From IMG/VR virus record IMGVR_UViG_3300025816_000002: a stretch of 64,000 nt of DNA, one strand, 5' to 3'. The stretch is from a virus. The position numbers and the translations under genes are program-made. Under the pieces are notes generated by a model. It was given only the letters and a program-made list of their open reading frames with translations, was not told the origin of the DNA and did not search any database. This document shows, one piece after another, positions 47,829-56,571 of the stretch (within the stretch, counting starts at the first letter, position 1; the number at the start of each line of letters is the position of its first letter).

Positions 47829-48797
47829 TTACCACATATCCTCAAAGTCTTCTCCTTCGTTCGCTTTCGAATAATCCGTCGGCCTAATAGCGAAGAAATC
47901 AGTATGAGTGACGCCCCCGGTAAGATGGTAAAACCAATCAAGATTACCCGCTGCTTTAGTGTCATACGCGAAATAGTTACCCAAGTCGACGTAACCAAGT
48001 TCCACCAGTTTTTCATTTGTTCTCTTTTTTATAAAGTGTTTTAAATCATTAGACGATATACCTTCTATATCACCCATCTCAAACATTTTGTCTATATACT
48101 TAACTTCAAGATCAACCATTGTTTCAGCAGCTTTTACTACATCTTCTCGACATAAACTCAATAATTGATTGTCTTCTTCGCACATATGACGAAATAATTG
48201 GCAACCCATTTTGCTATGTAATGATTCATCTCTTACAGACCATTTCATTTGCTGGCCGATACCCTTAAGTAAATTACGTAACTGAAAAGAATACAAGACA
48301 GCAAAAGCTGAATATAAACTAACTCCTTCAGCAAAGGCTGAGAATACAGCAAGCGACTTAGCAATACCAATTGAGTTATCACCATCATAAGAAACAAGGT
48401 TGTCAAAACGATCTGCCGTAGCAGGCTCGTGTAAAAATGCTTCATAATCTTCTAATTTTAATGTTTCGTTTAAATAACTATAAGCAACTGCATGAACAGT
48501 TTCTTGCGATCCAAACATCATTGCCATTTGTTGTATTTCGTGTTTAGGAAACCATTTAACAACTTTTTGAGTCCAATAGTCGGACACGGCGCATTCTGTC
48601 TGAGCAAACCCAAGTAAAATGTTTCCGACGAGGTTTTTTTCTTTTTCATTTAGTTTTTCTTTCCAATCTTTAATATCACTTTGCATTGAGATTTCAGTGT
48701 GTAACCAAAATGCTTGTGCTTGTTTCAACCAACCCTCAGTATAATACTCAGGGTATTCAAACGGTTTGTACGCTATGCGCTCATCAAACAAACCCAT
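47829..48797 (-). CDS. nrdB: Class I ribonucleotide reductase beta subunit
   Basis: FAQTE, QETVHAVAY, AEGVSLYSAF, VRDESLH diiron/dimetal motifs. Confidence 0.93.
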   Translation of the reverse strand: MGLFDERIAYKPFEYPEYYTEGWLKQAQAFWLHTEISMQSDIKDWKEKLNEKEKNLVGNILLGFAQTECAVSDYWTQKVVKWFPKHEIQQMAMMFGSQETVHAVAYSYLNETLKLEDYEAFLHEPATADRFDNLVSYDGDNSIGIAKSLAVFSAFAEGVSLYSAFAVLYSFQLRNLLKGIGQQMKWSVRDESLHSKMGCQLFRHMCEEDNQLLSLCREDVVKAAETMVDLEVKYIDKMFEMGDIEGISSNDLKHFIKKRTNEKLVELGYVDLGNYFAYDTKAAGNLDWFYHLTGGVTHTDFFAIRPTDYSKANEGEDFEDMW

Positions 48798-48949
48798 TAC
48801 TTGTAAACCGTTAATGCTAAGTCTACCAATGGCAAATACAATACGTGTATCGTTCTATCTGGATCTTCATACGATCTAAACCCTAACAATACTCCAGGGT
48901 AAAATCCTAATTCTAAACTCCATGCTGATTCATTTTCGTTTTCTTTCAT
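48797..48949 (-). CDS. 50-aa hypothetical protein
   Basis: MKENENESAWSLELGFYPGVLLG...; coupled overlaps on both sides. Confidence 0.6.
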   Translation of the reverse strand: MKENENESAWSLELGFYPGVLLGFRSYEDPDRTIHVLYLPLVDLALTVYK

Positions 48950-49116
48950 GTACAAATTATGTTATATCTTTTATGTAATTGTTCTATATCTATTGATCTT
49001 ACTTTACCTTTAGCTTCCCAGCTCCACTTTACGAACTTATCTATTTGACGTTCAGCGTACTTTTGTCTAGCTATTCGTTTTGCTTCAAAAGGATTAACCT
49101 TACTGTCTCGTCGCAT
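48946..49116 (-). CDS. 56-aa hypothetical protein
   Basis: MRRDSKVNPFEAKRIARQKYAERQIDKFVKWSW...; ATGA coupling to next gene. Confidence 0.55.
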   Translation of the reverse strand: MRRDSKVNPFEAKRIARQKYAERQIDKFVKWSWEAKGKVRSIDIEQLHKRYNIICT

Positions 49117-49532
49117 TCTTTTTGATTTTGTGGTTTATACAATGTTATACCTGGAAATTGTTCTACAATTAATCGTTTAAACAACTTCCATCGCATAGGA
49201 AACGATTCGTTAGCTCTACCTTTAGTTTCAATTATAAATGTATCGCCAATGAAATCAGGTGTATACTTAATAGGTAAGATACGTTTGCATCCTCTATTTT
49301 TGTAATCACCTTTGCCGTTAGCTTGTCTTTCGTATACTTCGTTTTCAAAATGAAAACCCGCATGCAACACAAACGTTTCTCCTTCGTACTTAGCTTTAAT
49401 TTTATTTTTTCTTAAAGCCATATACATATACTTCTCAAGACCCGAAGCAAAGTCGATACCATCATATGATACCTTCTTTGCTCTTACCGGTCCACGCTTT
49501 CCGCTCTTTCTTTTAAATGACTTCCGCATCAT
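49071..49532 (-). CDS. T7 endonuclease I-like junction nuclease
   Basis: FASGLEKY, YTPDF...IIETKG PD-(D/E)XK motifs. Confidence 0.8.
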   Translation of the reverse strand: MMRKSFKRKSGKRGPVRAKKVSYDGIDFASGLEKYMYMALRKNKIKAKYEGETFVLHAGFHFENEVYERQANGKGDYKNRGCKRILPIKYTPDFIGDTFIIETKGRANESFPMRWKLFKRLIVEQFPGITLYKPQNQKECDETVRLILLKQNE

Positions 49533-49773
49533 TTACTTGTAAGTCCATTAATAAATCTTCTTCAAGATCTGTGCTATAAACTTCTTTAGCTTTTTGTAAA
49601 TACAATACAGCATCCATAAGTTCTTCTTGTAAGTGATTAAGCCATTGAAACATTTCAGATGGATCTTTATCAAGAGTTACACCATATTTTTTAAAGCCTA
49701 CATCAGATCTTGACACAAACTTGTCGACTACACGTCTTACAACTGGATCTCTAAATTCTATTTCTTTTTTCAT
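49513..49773 (-). CDS. Small all-alpha NTP-pyrophosphatase-like protein
   Basis: RSDVGFKKYG...WLNHLQEELMDAVLY acidic helix. Confidence 0.5.
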   Translation of the reverse strand: MKKEIEFRDPVVRRVVDKFVSRSDVGFKKYGVTLDKDPSEMFQWLNHLQEELMDAVLYLQKAKEVYSTDLEEDLLMDLQVNDAEVI

Positions 49774-50543
49774 TATAATGTAGTTTTTACAAATGTTCCA
49801 TTAACCATTTTACCTTGCCTAGACTTTATTACGCTGTAAGCCGAAGCAATACACGTTTCTATCTTATGACCTCTAAGAGCTGCTAAGTTTGTTAATACTA
49901 CAACCATATCACCTATAGCATCAATTACTTCAGTCTCATCGTTTTTTAGAATAGCCTGCGCTAATTCACCTGCTTCTTCCATAAGTTTGATGTACTGAGT
50001 TTTAGAATCACCCTTATTATATATTCCTTTTTCATCTGCCCATATACGAATTAAATCGTATATACCAACTTCAGGCTCTTGCTTTTTATCTGTTCTGTTT
50101 TCTACAAATGCTTTAGCAAAAGCTTTGTTGTATACATAAGTTCTTTCAGGGTTAAACATTGACACTCGAGCATTTTTAATTATCCAAGGTATTGTTTTCT
50201 TAGTAATCTTAAAAGATCCAAAGTCAGTTTCCCAAGTTGTATCAATACTATCCATCAGCCTTCCTTTTAATTTATTCATTGGACAAGGAAATGTAGATGT
50301 TTGTTCTGTTGCGTTTATATTCATTTTATTAGATTTGATTAAGTTATTATATTTTTGTCTATCAACTTTGTAGCCATAAGACTTTTGAAGTTCTATTTCC
50401 ATGTCAGATATATAATTAATATCATCGCTAGTAAGTAGAACTTCGTATTCGTCTGGTGCATAGCCTTGCTGCTCCGTAACTCTATTATTAATATTACGTG
50501 TAACACCAATTTTTTTACCAGGAATATGATAAATTGTGTACAT
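49773..50543 (-). CDS. GIY-YIG-like nuclease fused to MazG-like NTP pyrophosphatase
   Basis: N-terminal IY..KIGVT....R...E; C-terminal KLMEEAGELAQA...IDAIGDMVVVLTNLA. Confidence 0.75.
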   Translation of the reverse strand: MYTIYHIPGKKIGVTRNINNRVTEQQGYAPDEYEVLLTSDDINYISDMEIELQKSYGYKVDRQKYNNLIKSNKMNINATEQTSTFPCPMNKLKGRLMDSIDTTWETDFGSFKITKKTIPWIIKNARVSMFNPERTYVYNKAFAKAFVENRTDKKQEPEVGIYDLIRIWADEKGIYNKGDSKTQYIKLMEEAGELAQAILKNDETEVIDAIGDMVVVLTNLAALRGHKIETCIASAYSVIKSRQGKMVNGTFVKTTL

Positions 50544-50551
50544 TATTATTT

Positions 50552-51397
50552 TTATTTACCAACACTTAACTCTGCTTTTATTGCAGGATAAGGATTGTAG
50601 TTAATTAATTCAATCTCAAAGCTATCAGGTATATTCAAGCCACCTAATATATTTGCACTAAGACCTTTGTCTAAGTGTAAAAATGGCAAAGCTCGCTTAG
50701 CTCTTCTTCTATATTCTTTTGCTTGATCTAAATGATTATTATATAAATGACAATCACCGAGTTGACCAATCAATTGACCAGCTTCAAGCCCAGCGCCTTT
50801 AGCTAACATCTCTAACAGTAAACCATACATCGCAATATCGTAAGGTAAACCTAAGAACACATCAGCGGATCTCTGTTGCCACATTAAATCTATAACACCG
50901 TTGTTAATATAAACCTGAAAAGCATAATGACACGGAGGTAAAGCCATATCCTTTAACTCGTGTGGAGCCCATGCGCTAACCATAAGACGTCTAGAGTCTG
51001 GGTTTGTTATTATGCTATACACAAGATTATAAAGCTGATCTACACCGTTAAAATTACGCCACTGTTTTCCGTACACAGGACCTAATGTTTCATCTGTTCT
51101 ACCTGAGCGTTCATAATCCGGTCGCCAGTACTTAACACCGTTATCCTCTAAGTATCTAAGATCTGTTCTACCTTGTAATATCCAAAGCAACTCTGTTCTT
51201 GCAGCATTAAAACTTATTTTCTTTCCTGTGAGTATAGGGAAGCCCAATGACATATCGTGTCTAATCGTTCTTCCGAAGACAGACTTCGTCCCAGTCCCTG
51301 TTCTATCTGATTTATCCAGACCTCTGTCGAGTATTTCTGATAATAATTTTTTGTATTCATTTTCTATGTTTGTCATAATAGTATTTACAATATTCAA
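50552..51397 (-). CDS. thyA: Thymidylate synthase homologue with Asn177->Asp, candidate dCMP (hydroxy)methylase
   Basis: ELLW, LGPVYGKQWR, DSRR, ALPPCH, QRSADVFLGLPYDIAMY, GDCHLY. Confidence 0.9.
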   Translation of the reverse strand: MNIVNTIMTNIENEYKKLLSEILDRGLDKSDRTGTGTKSVFGRTIRHDMSLGFPILTGKKISFNAARTELLWILQGRTDLRYLEDNGVKYWRPDYERSGRTDETLGPVYGKQWRNFNGVDQLYNLVYSIITNPDSRRLMVSAWAPHELKDMALPPCHYAFQVYINNGVIDLMWQQRSADVFLGLPYDIAMYGLLLEMLAKGAGLEAGQLIGQLGDCHLYNNHLDQAKEYRRRAKRALPFLHLDKGLSANILGGLNIPDSFEIELINYNPYPAIKAELSVGK

Positions 51398-51611
51398 ATA
51401 TTTTTAACCATATCTCATTTTTACCGTATGATTCTGGGCTTGTATGAGTTTTACCGTTGTTGATTATATCAACATACCATTCAGTCTTGTTCTTTGCTTT
51501 AGCAGATATACATATGTTATTTTTAACACACCATCTATAAGGTATCCAATCTGATTCTTTATGAGACGGGTTACCCATATTTATAGCTTTCTTTTTTTGA
51601 CCGCTACCCAT
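51357..51611 (-). CDS. Hypothetical protein
   Basis: 84 aa in operon. Confidence 0.65.
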   Translation of the reverse strand: MGSGQKKKAINMGNPSHKESDWIPYRWCVKNNICISAKAKNKTEWYVDIINNGKTHTSPESYGKNEIWLKIFEYCKYYYDKHRK

Positions 51612-53330
51612 CTACTCCCAAGGCATTTTACCGTCTGCTACATCTACAGGTTCGTGAGGAATAAAACAACCTGAGCTTGGCTCCCATTTAAAATGAGCTT
51701 CAGCACCATTCTCGCCTAAGTTTTGAAACTTGACCTTAAGAACTTTAGCTTTAACAGTCTTAGCTTCGTAGTCTCTATGCACTAATATACCATGATAAGA
51801 AGCATCATACCATTCACCACCACCTTTAATATTATACATTGTAGGCTCTTCAATCTTACCGTCTTGTGTTTTATACATCTTAGTTGGATGCGCTACAATA
51901 AACACCAGTACATCGTACTTCTTAGCAAAGATTTCTATCTTTTGTAAGTACTCCATTGTATATCTATTAACATCATCGGAACTTCCAACATCTCTAACTT
52001 TATTAAATGGATCTATTACTAAACACTTAATACCTTTACGTTTAACTAGCTCAGCGCCCTTCTTAAGTACAGACTCTAATGTATACCTCTCCATATCAAT
52101 GTGAAAGTAGTTACTATTGCAATGATCCGCTACTTGATTCCATCTATCGCCGCCAATATCTGCAGACGTAGGCATACCTTGCCAGGTTTTACGCATTAAC
52201 TTATGAGCGTGTAAATATGTTGGTTGATTTTCCGGAGACGCGAAAGCTGTTTTCCAGCCATAGTTAGCATTGTATCCGACAACCATTTGATCCACGAAAT
52301 CCGACTTTCCCGAAGAGGGTATGCCAGTGACAGTAATAAACTGACCAGTGTACGTCGAAAATATATCATCAAAGTTTTGTAAACCAATTTGAAAGCCAGG
52401 CTTAAAACCATTACGAACAAAGTCCGTGACTTCATCTTCGATATCCCTGAACGTCGTAACATTTTCCAACGGTACCGGTTTAGCGCTTGTGATTCTGCTT
52501 GTGAGTTTTTCTTTTCCATGTTTTAATAGATATTCATTAGCATCTTTACAATCTTCAAACGTTGCTATGTGACAAACTTCAGATCCCAACCTTCTAATCA
52601 ACTCTGTCTGTAAAGCTTGACCAGCTTCATCAGAGTCTACGGCTAATATAATCTTTTCTTTGTCTTCGAAATAATCAATACAACTATCTAGATAATCTAG
52701 GTTGTTTGTATTGAGCGTAGCTCCATTAGGTACAGATATTGCGTTTTCAATTCCAGCCTCATGCAATGCTAATACATCCATCTCGCCTTCAACTATAACA
52801 CAATACTCATAGCCTACAGTACTATCTATATTATAAAAGACTTTCTCAGCCCCTTTATATAATTTAAAGTTCTTTCTTCCATCTCGGTATTTAACATTAG
52901 TTAATTCACCGCCCACAAAATAATTGAACTTTATAACATTCTCGGTCTTACCGGTCTGTGGCATCCACTCAGGACCCTCACTAACTTTTAAGTCAATGAG
53001 AGTCTGAGCTGATATACCTCTTGTACTAAACCATTCTATAACCTTATCACCTACAAACTCCGGTCTCTCCGGATCCGCTTTGACTTCAGGTTTAACATAT
53101 ACTTTTTCAGCTTTACCTTTACGCTTATAAGTATGTAGTTGAAATGATTTACTACAGTTGTGACAAGTACCGAGACCCCGTTCCCAGTCATAAGAAGCGC
53201 ATTGCTTTTTATGATTCTTAGGTTTCCTGCAGGAGGCAGAGTCAGGGCATACACCCTGCTTCTTACCTTCTTCAAGCTTATGTACATTGAATTCATCAAT
53301 TACAAATCCATTGATCTCTGTTTCTTGCAT
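51612..53330 (-). CDS. T7 gp4/Twinkle-like primase-helicase
   Basis: Cys zinc-binding domain, VEGEMD and DSDEAG TOPRIM, TGIPSSGKS Walker A, VIDPFN, VAHP. Confidence 0.93.
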   Translation of the reverse strand: MQETEINGFVIDEFNVHKLEEGKKQGVCPDSASCRKPKNHKKQCASYDWERGLGTCHNCSKSFQLHTYKRKGKAEKVYVKPEVKADPERPEFVGDKVIEWFSTRGISAQTLIDLKVSEGPEWMPQTGKTENVIKFNYFVGGELTNVKYRDGRKNFKLYKGAEKVFYNIDSTVGYEYCVIVEGEMDVLALHEAGIENAISVPNGATLNTNNLDYLDSCIDYFEDKEKIILAVDSDEAGQALQTELIRRLGSEVCHIATFEDCKDANEYLLKHGKEKLTSRITSAKPVPLENVTTFRDIEDEVTDFVRNGFKPGFQIGLQNFDDIFSTYTGQFITVTGIPSSGKSDFVDQMVVGYNANYGWKTAFASPENQPTYLHAHKLMRKTWQGMPTSADIGGDRWNQVADHCNSNYFHIDMERYTLESVLKKGAELVKRKGIKCLVIDPFNKVRDVGSSDDVNRYTMEYLQKIEIFAKKYDVLVFIVAHPTKMYKTQDGKIEEPTMYNIKGGGEWYDASYHGILVHRDYEAKTVKAKVLKVKFQNLGENGAEAHFKWEPSSGCFIPHEPVDVADGKMPWE

Positions 53331-53347
53331 TTAATTTAATTTAATTG

Positions 53348-53434
53348 TTAGTCACTATCCCTGCACTCAGGGCATATATCACAAAAATCGTACTCTTCTT
53401 CGGACATGTCGTTCTCGCATATTTCGCAGTTCAT
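53348..53434 (-). CDS. 28-aa zinc-finger micro-protein
   Basis: MNCEICENDMSEEEYDFCDICPECRDSD; TAATG coupling to SSB gene. Confidence 0.65.
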   Translation of the reverse strand: MNCEICENDMSEEEYDFCDICPECRDSD

Positions 53435-53742
53435 TAAAACGGTAGATCATCTTCTTGTTGTGTTAATTGAGGAGCAGCTTGTCTTTGATCATCTCTAGGT
53501 GCAGCGGCTACGTTGTCCCCATTAGTCCATACTACTTTTACGTTACCTAAATAAACCTTTGCAGCTTTCGCTTCACGTTCTTCTTTGGTTTGTTCTACGA
53601 CTATCGGTCCTTGATTACCGAACTGGTCGACTTCATCATTGATTGTAATTGTAACACCTAAGTAGTTACCTTTTTTCCCTTTGTAAATCTTGTCTTTAGG
53701 GATGTCGTTTAAGTTAATGTTTGCTTTAATAATACTTGCCAT
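53434..53742 (-). CDS. ssb: Single-stranded DNA-binding protein
   Basis: Beta-rich core, flexible tail ending EDDLPF. Confidence 0.7.
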   Translation of the reverse strand: MASIIKANINLNDIPKDKIYKGKKGNYLGVTITINDEVDQFGNQGPIVVEQTKEEREAKAAKVYLGNVKVVWTNGDNVAAAPRDDQRQAAPQLTQQEDDLPF

Positions 53743-53754
53743 AATTTCCTTTTG

Positions 53755-54495
53755 TTATAAAGTCTTGTTAATAAAATAATTGTTTGGATCGAAATCCGGG
53801 TTGTCATAAAACAATTTGTATTGTTCTACGGCTTGTTGTACTTTGTCCTTGCCATTCTCATAAAAAGCATCTGAACAATCGAAGATACCAATTTGTCTAG
53901 TTTTCTTATCTATAGCGATAAATACTAAATCATAACCGAATAGCTTGCGATAAATATAAGCTTGACTGTCGTAATTGTAACGAAATGCAGAGCTTCTGAA
54001 TTTTGATATATCACTTGTTGTTTTAAGATCAATAACTAATTTCTCATCGTGATTAACGATATCCGCTTTACCTTTCCACATCATTCCTTCAATCTCACCA
54101 ATTCCAGGTTGTTCATACTCAACATTGATACCATTTATTAGGTCTCTACATACATTATTTGATTGCATTGTATCGATTAATAATTCTAGGTTGTCTACTT
54201 CATGTTGTAATAAACACATTTCGCCGCCTGAAATCTCTCTGTACGCTTTTGTATTCCTTGTAGTTGATTCGACTATTCTATACTTTTTGAGTTTTTCTGG
54301 CTCAAGTATTGCTGTGTGAAAGTAACCCCCAACTAAGAAGTTAATGTTTGGCTTTTGCGGCGTGCCAAGCGCAAGAGGATTTGTTAACAGTGTAGAAATA
54401 TCAGAATTACTTCTAAATTGTCGACCAAAATCACCGTAGTAATCTTCATCGCTTCTAAGCCTATCTAATATTTCTTTTTTGTTAAGGTCTTCCAT
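53755..54495 (-). CDS. PD-(D/E)XK exonuclease (RecE/exo VIII-like)
   Basis: KGKADIV, VIDLKTT, YNYDSQAYIY. Confidence 0.8.
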   Translation of the reverse strand: MEDLNKKEILDRLRSDEDYYGDFGRQFRSNSDISTLLTNPLALGTPQKPNINFLVGGYFHTAILEPEKLKKYRIVESTTRNTKAYREISGGEMCLLQHEVDNLELLIDTMQSNNVCRDLINGINVEYEQPGIGEIEGMMWKGKADIVNHDEKLVIDLKTTSDISKFRSSAFRYNYDSQAYIYRKLFGYDLVFIAIDKKTRQIGIFDCSDAFYENGKDKVQQAVEQYKLFYDNPDFDPNNYFINKTL

Positions 54496-54496
54496 T

Positions 54497-55045
54497 TTAT
54501 AGTGTTGTTAATTTAGTTTCTATTTCTTTTGAAATATTATACTTAGCTTTTATAGCTGATAACTTACCTCCTTTTTTAATAAATTCCACTGCTTTTGGAT
54601 AAGCTGGATCTTTTTCTGAGGTTAATGTGTTTTTTGCTACAGGTGCTTTACCGTGCGAATTTGTTGCATCGCTATCCGCCGTGTCATCAATTAAAAATAA
54701 ATTACCAAGCGCATATTTTTTACCGTAACTGGATGCACTACCAAACTTTTGAGGCATTTGCATACCTTTTTGGTTTAGGTCTACACCTACTATTGCAGTA
54801 GCATGTATAGCATAATCTGCATCGCCGTCGCTTATAGTTGCTGTTGTTTCCATTATTGGAAATGGATCGCTTGCAATTAATTTTTCATTAATTGTTACTG
54901 ATACTTTTAAATCTAATAAGTAAGGTTTAGTTGCTTCTAATATATCTTCAGCACTTCTAAAATTATACTTACCGAACGAGTTGTATCTACTCTTTTTTGA
55001 TTTGAATTTTGTCTGGATTGTTGCCAGCTTTTCGTTTAGTTTCAT
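54497..55045 (-). CDS. ERF-family single-strand annealing protein
   Basis: YNFRSAEDILEA, GSASSYGKKYALGNLF. Confidence 0.8.
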   Translation of the reverse strand: MKLNEKLATIQTKFKSKKSRYNSFGKYNFRSAEDILEATKPYLLDLKVSVTINEKLIASDPFPIMETTATISDGDADYAIHATAIVGVDLNQKGMQMPQKFGSASSYGKKYALGNLFLIDDTADSDATNSHGKAPVAKNTLTSEKDPAYPKAVEFIKKGGKLSAIKAKYNISKEIETKLTTL

Positions 55046-55050
55046 ATTAA

Positions 55051-55079
55051 TATAATTACGTATTTAGTTATTCTTTTAC
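55051..55079 (-). promoter_or_regulatory. Putative phage-sigma promoter copy 6 (replication operon)
   Basis: GTAAAA-N14-GTAATTATA on - strand, just downstream of the sigma gene. Confidence 0.55.
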
Positions 55080-55098
55080 GTTACTCTGTACACTTAAC

Positions 55099-55860
55099 TT
55101 AAAGGTAATCAAGCACTTGCGTGTGATCTACGTTGTCTATTAATGTTTGTACAGCTTTCTTTTTTATCTCAGAAACAGTTACATAATAACGTGTTCCCTT
55201 AATATCTAACAAGCTAGCTATCTCCTTAGCCGAGTGCTTATCGCAGTCTAAACCATAAGATAATCTGAGTACTTCATACTCCTTAGTATCTAAATGTTTT
55301 TGCATTAAGCTTTTCAAATATACATTCATCAACTGTATGTTATAAGGCTCAGAGTCATCAGGTATTTGATAAGCAAAATTCTCAGCATCTTCGTTTTCTT
55401 GATTAATATCTATACTTAAAAATATAGAATTAAAAAACATTTGCACCGCTGCTTTATCTTTTGGGTTTTTTCTTATCTCGTTTAGTTTATGTTCGGGTAT
55501 TCTAATGTTGCCTCTAGCCATATCTATTCGTCTTCTAATAGCTCCTTTGATACGTTTACTTAGAAATGATTTCAATGTTTTTTCAATGTCCTCTGAGGCA
55601 TTTAAAACTTCCCAATCTATTTTGTGTACAGCTTTAATTAAACCTTCAGAACCGCATTGTATTAAATCATTAATACTTAACACACCTGATGCTTGATCTG
55701 ATGTAGAAAACTTACGCGCTAAATTTTCAACTAATGGTAGAAATTTAACTATAAGCTCATCATTTGTATATTCATCCCAAAATTTACCTTCAAGATTTGC
55801 GATAGAGGTTTTAACATCTGCTTTGTACCTTAAATAGTTTTGTATATTATACTTTTTCAT
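55099..55860 (-). CDS. Sigma70-family RNA polymerase sigma factor
   Basis: FLPLVENLARK, DLIQCGSEGLIKAV, RIKGAIRR, IRIP (region 2); EVLRLSYGL...SAKEIASLL (region 4). Confidence 0.88.
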   Translation of the reverse strand: MKKYNIQNYLRYKADVKTSIANLEGKFWDEYTNDELIVKFLPLVENLARKFSTSDQASGVLSINDLIQCGSEGLIKAVHKIDWEVLNASEDIEKTLKSFLSKRIKGAIRRRIDMARGNIRIPEHKLNEIRKNPKDKAAVQMFFNSIFLSIDINQENEDAENFAYQIPDDSEPYNIQLMNVYLKSLMQKHLDTKEYEVLRLSYGLDCDKHSAKEIASLLDIKGTRYYVTVSEIKKKAVQTLIDNVDHTQVLDYL

Positions 55861-55953
55861 ATTGATCTATTTTTTCGAATGCTTCAGCCATAAGATTATC
55901 ATTAGCGTAATATATATTACCTATGCTTGCCATCCATTCATTAAAATCTTTTC

Positions 55954-56571
55954 TCATAATTGTTGGTTTAATAATTCTTTTTCTTTCTTAAGTTCATTAC
56001 TCATGTTTCTATGTATTGTTCTAGAAGAACAGTTAAGTAATGAGGCTAATGCGTTGATAGTGATCTTGTTACCGTCATCATTAATATCTAACATGCATTG
56101 GTATATGTCATCTTCAACTACTGATTTTGATTTACCCACAAGTCTGCCAACTATACTCATTTTTTCTCTAGGATTTAATCCTGAATATTCTTTGAATATA
56201 ATTTTTCTTAGCTTATTTTTAGGTGGAAATTCTAAATCATACATTAAAACATCGTATACCATTTGCTCATAATGCCATGCACTCATCTCAAATGTTACAA
56301 AACCATTTTGTTTATTGCATATAACTTTAGCAACTGTATGAAAGTCGTTTTGATCCATCTGTGGATTGAGATACCATAAAACAATTAAATGCCACTTAAG
56401 ACTTTTATATGTATTTATTTTAGCTTTACTTCTAAATAACTCGTAACACTCATGTGTACCATCCTCATAGTAATCTCCCCAGTCAAATGATTCTGATGGT
56501 TTATCAGTGATCGGAGATCTTCTATATATGATACGTCTCTTGTTTAAAAATTCAAGGTTTCTATGTGACAT
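55954..56571 (-). CDS. DNA-binding protein with C-terminal HTH (Rep/PriCT-like)
   Basis: ITINALASLLNCSSRTIHRNM helix-turn-helix; no catalytic primase motifs seen. Confidence 0.55.
   Translation of the reverse strand: MSHRNLEFLNKRRIIYRRSPITDKPSESFDWGDYYEDGTHECYELFRSKAKINTYKSLKWHLIVLWYLNPQMDQNDFHTVAKVICNKQNGFVTFEMSAWHYEQMVYDVLMYDLEFPPKNKLRKIIFKEYSGLNPREKMSIVGRLVGKSKSVVEDDIYQCMLDINDDGNKITINALASLLNCSSRTIHRNMSNELKKEKELLNQQL

Noticed and set aside
46056-53299. Same-strand alternative-frame ORFs in nrdA, nrdB and helicase (46056, 46620, 47082, 48245, 52196, 53051)
   Set aside because: They are shorter than the terL case, with no signal peptide or clear motif, and were not pursued; a synonymous-constraint scan could revisit them
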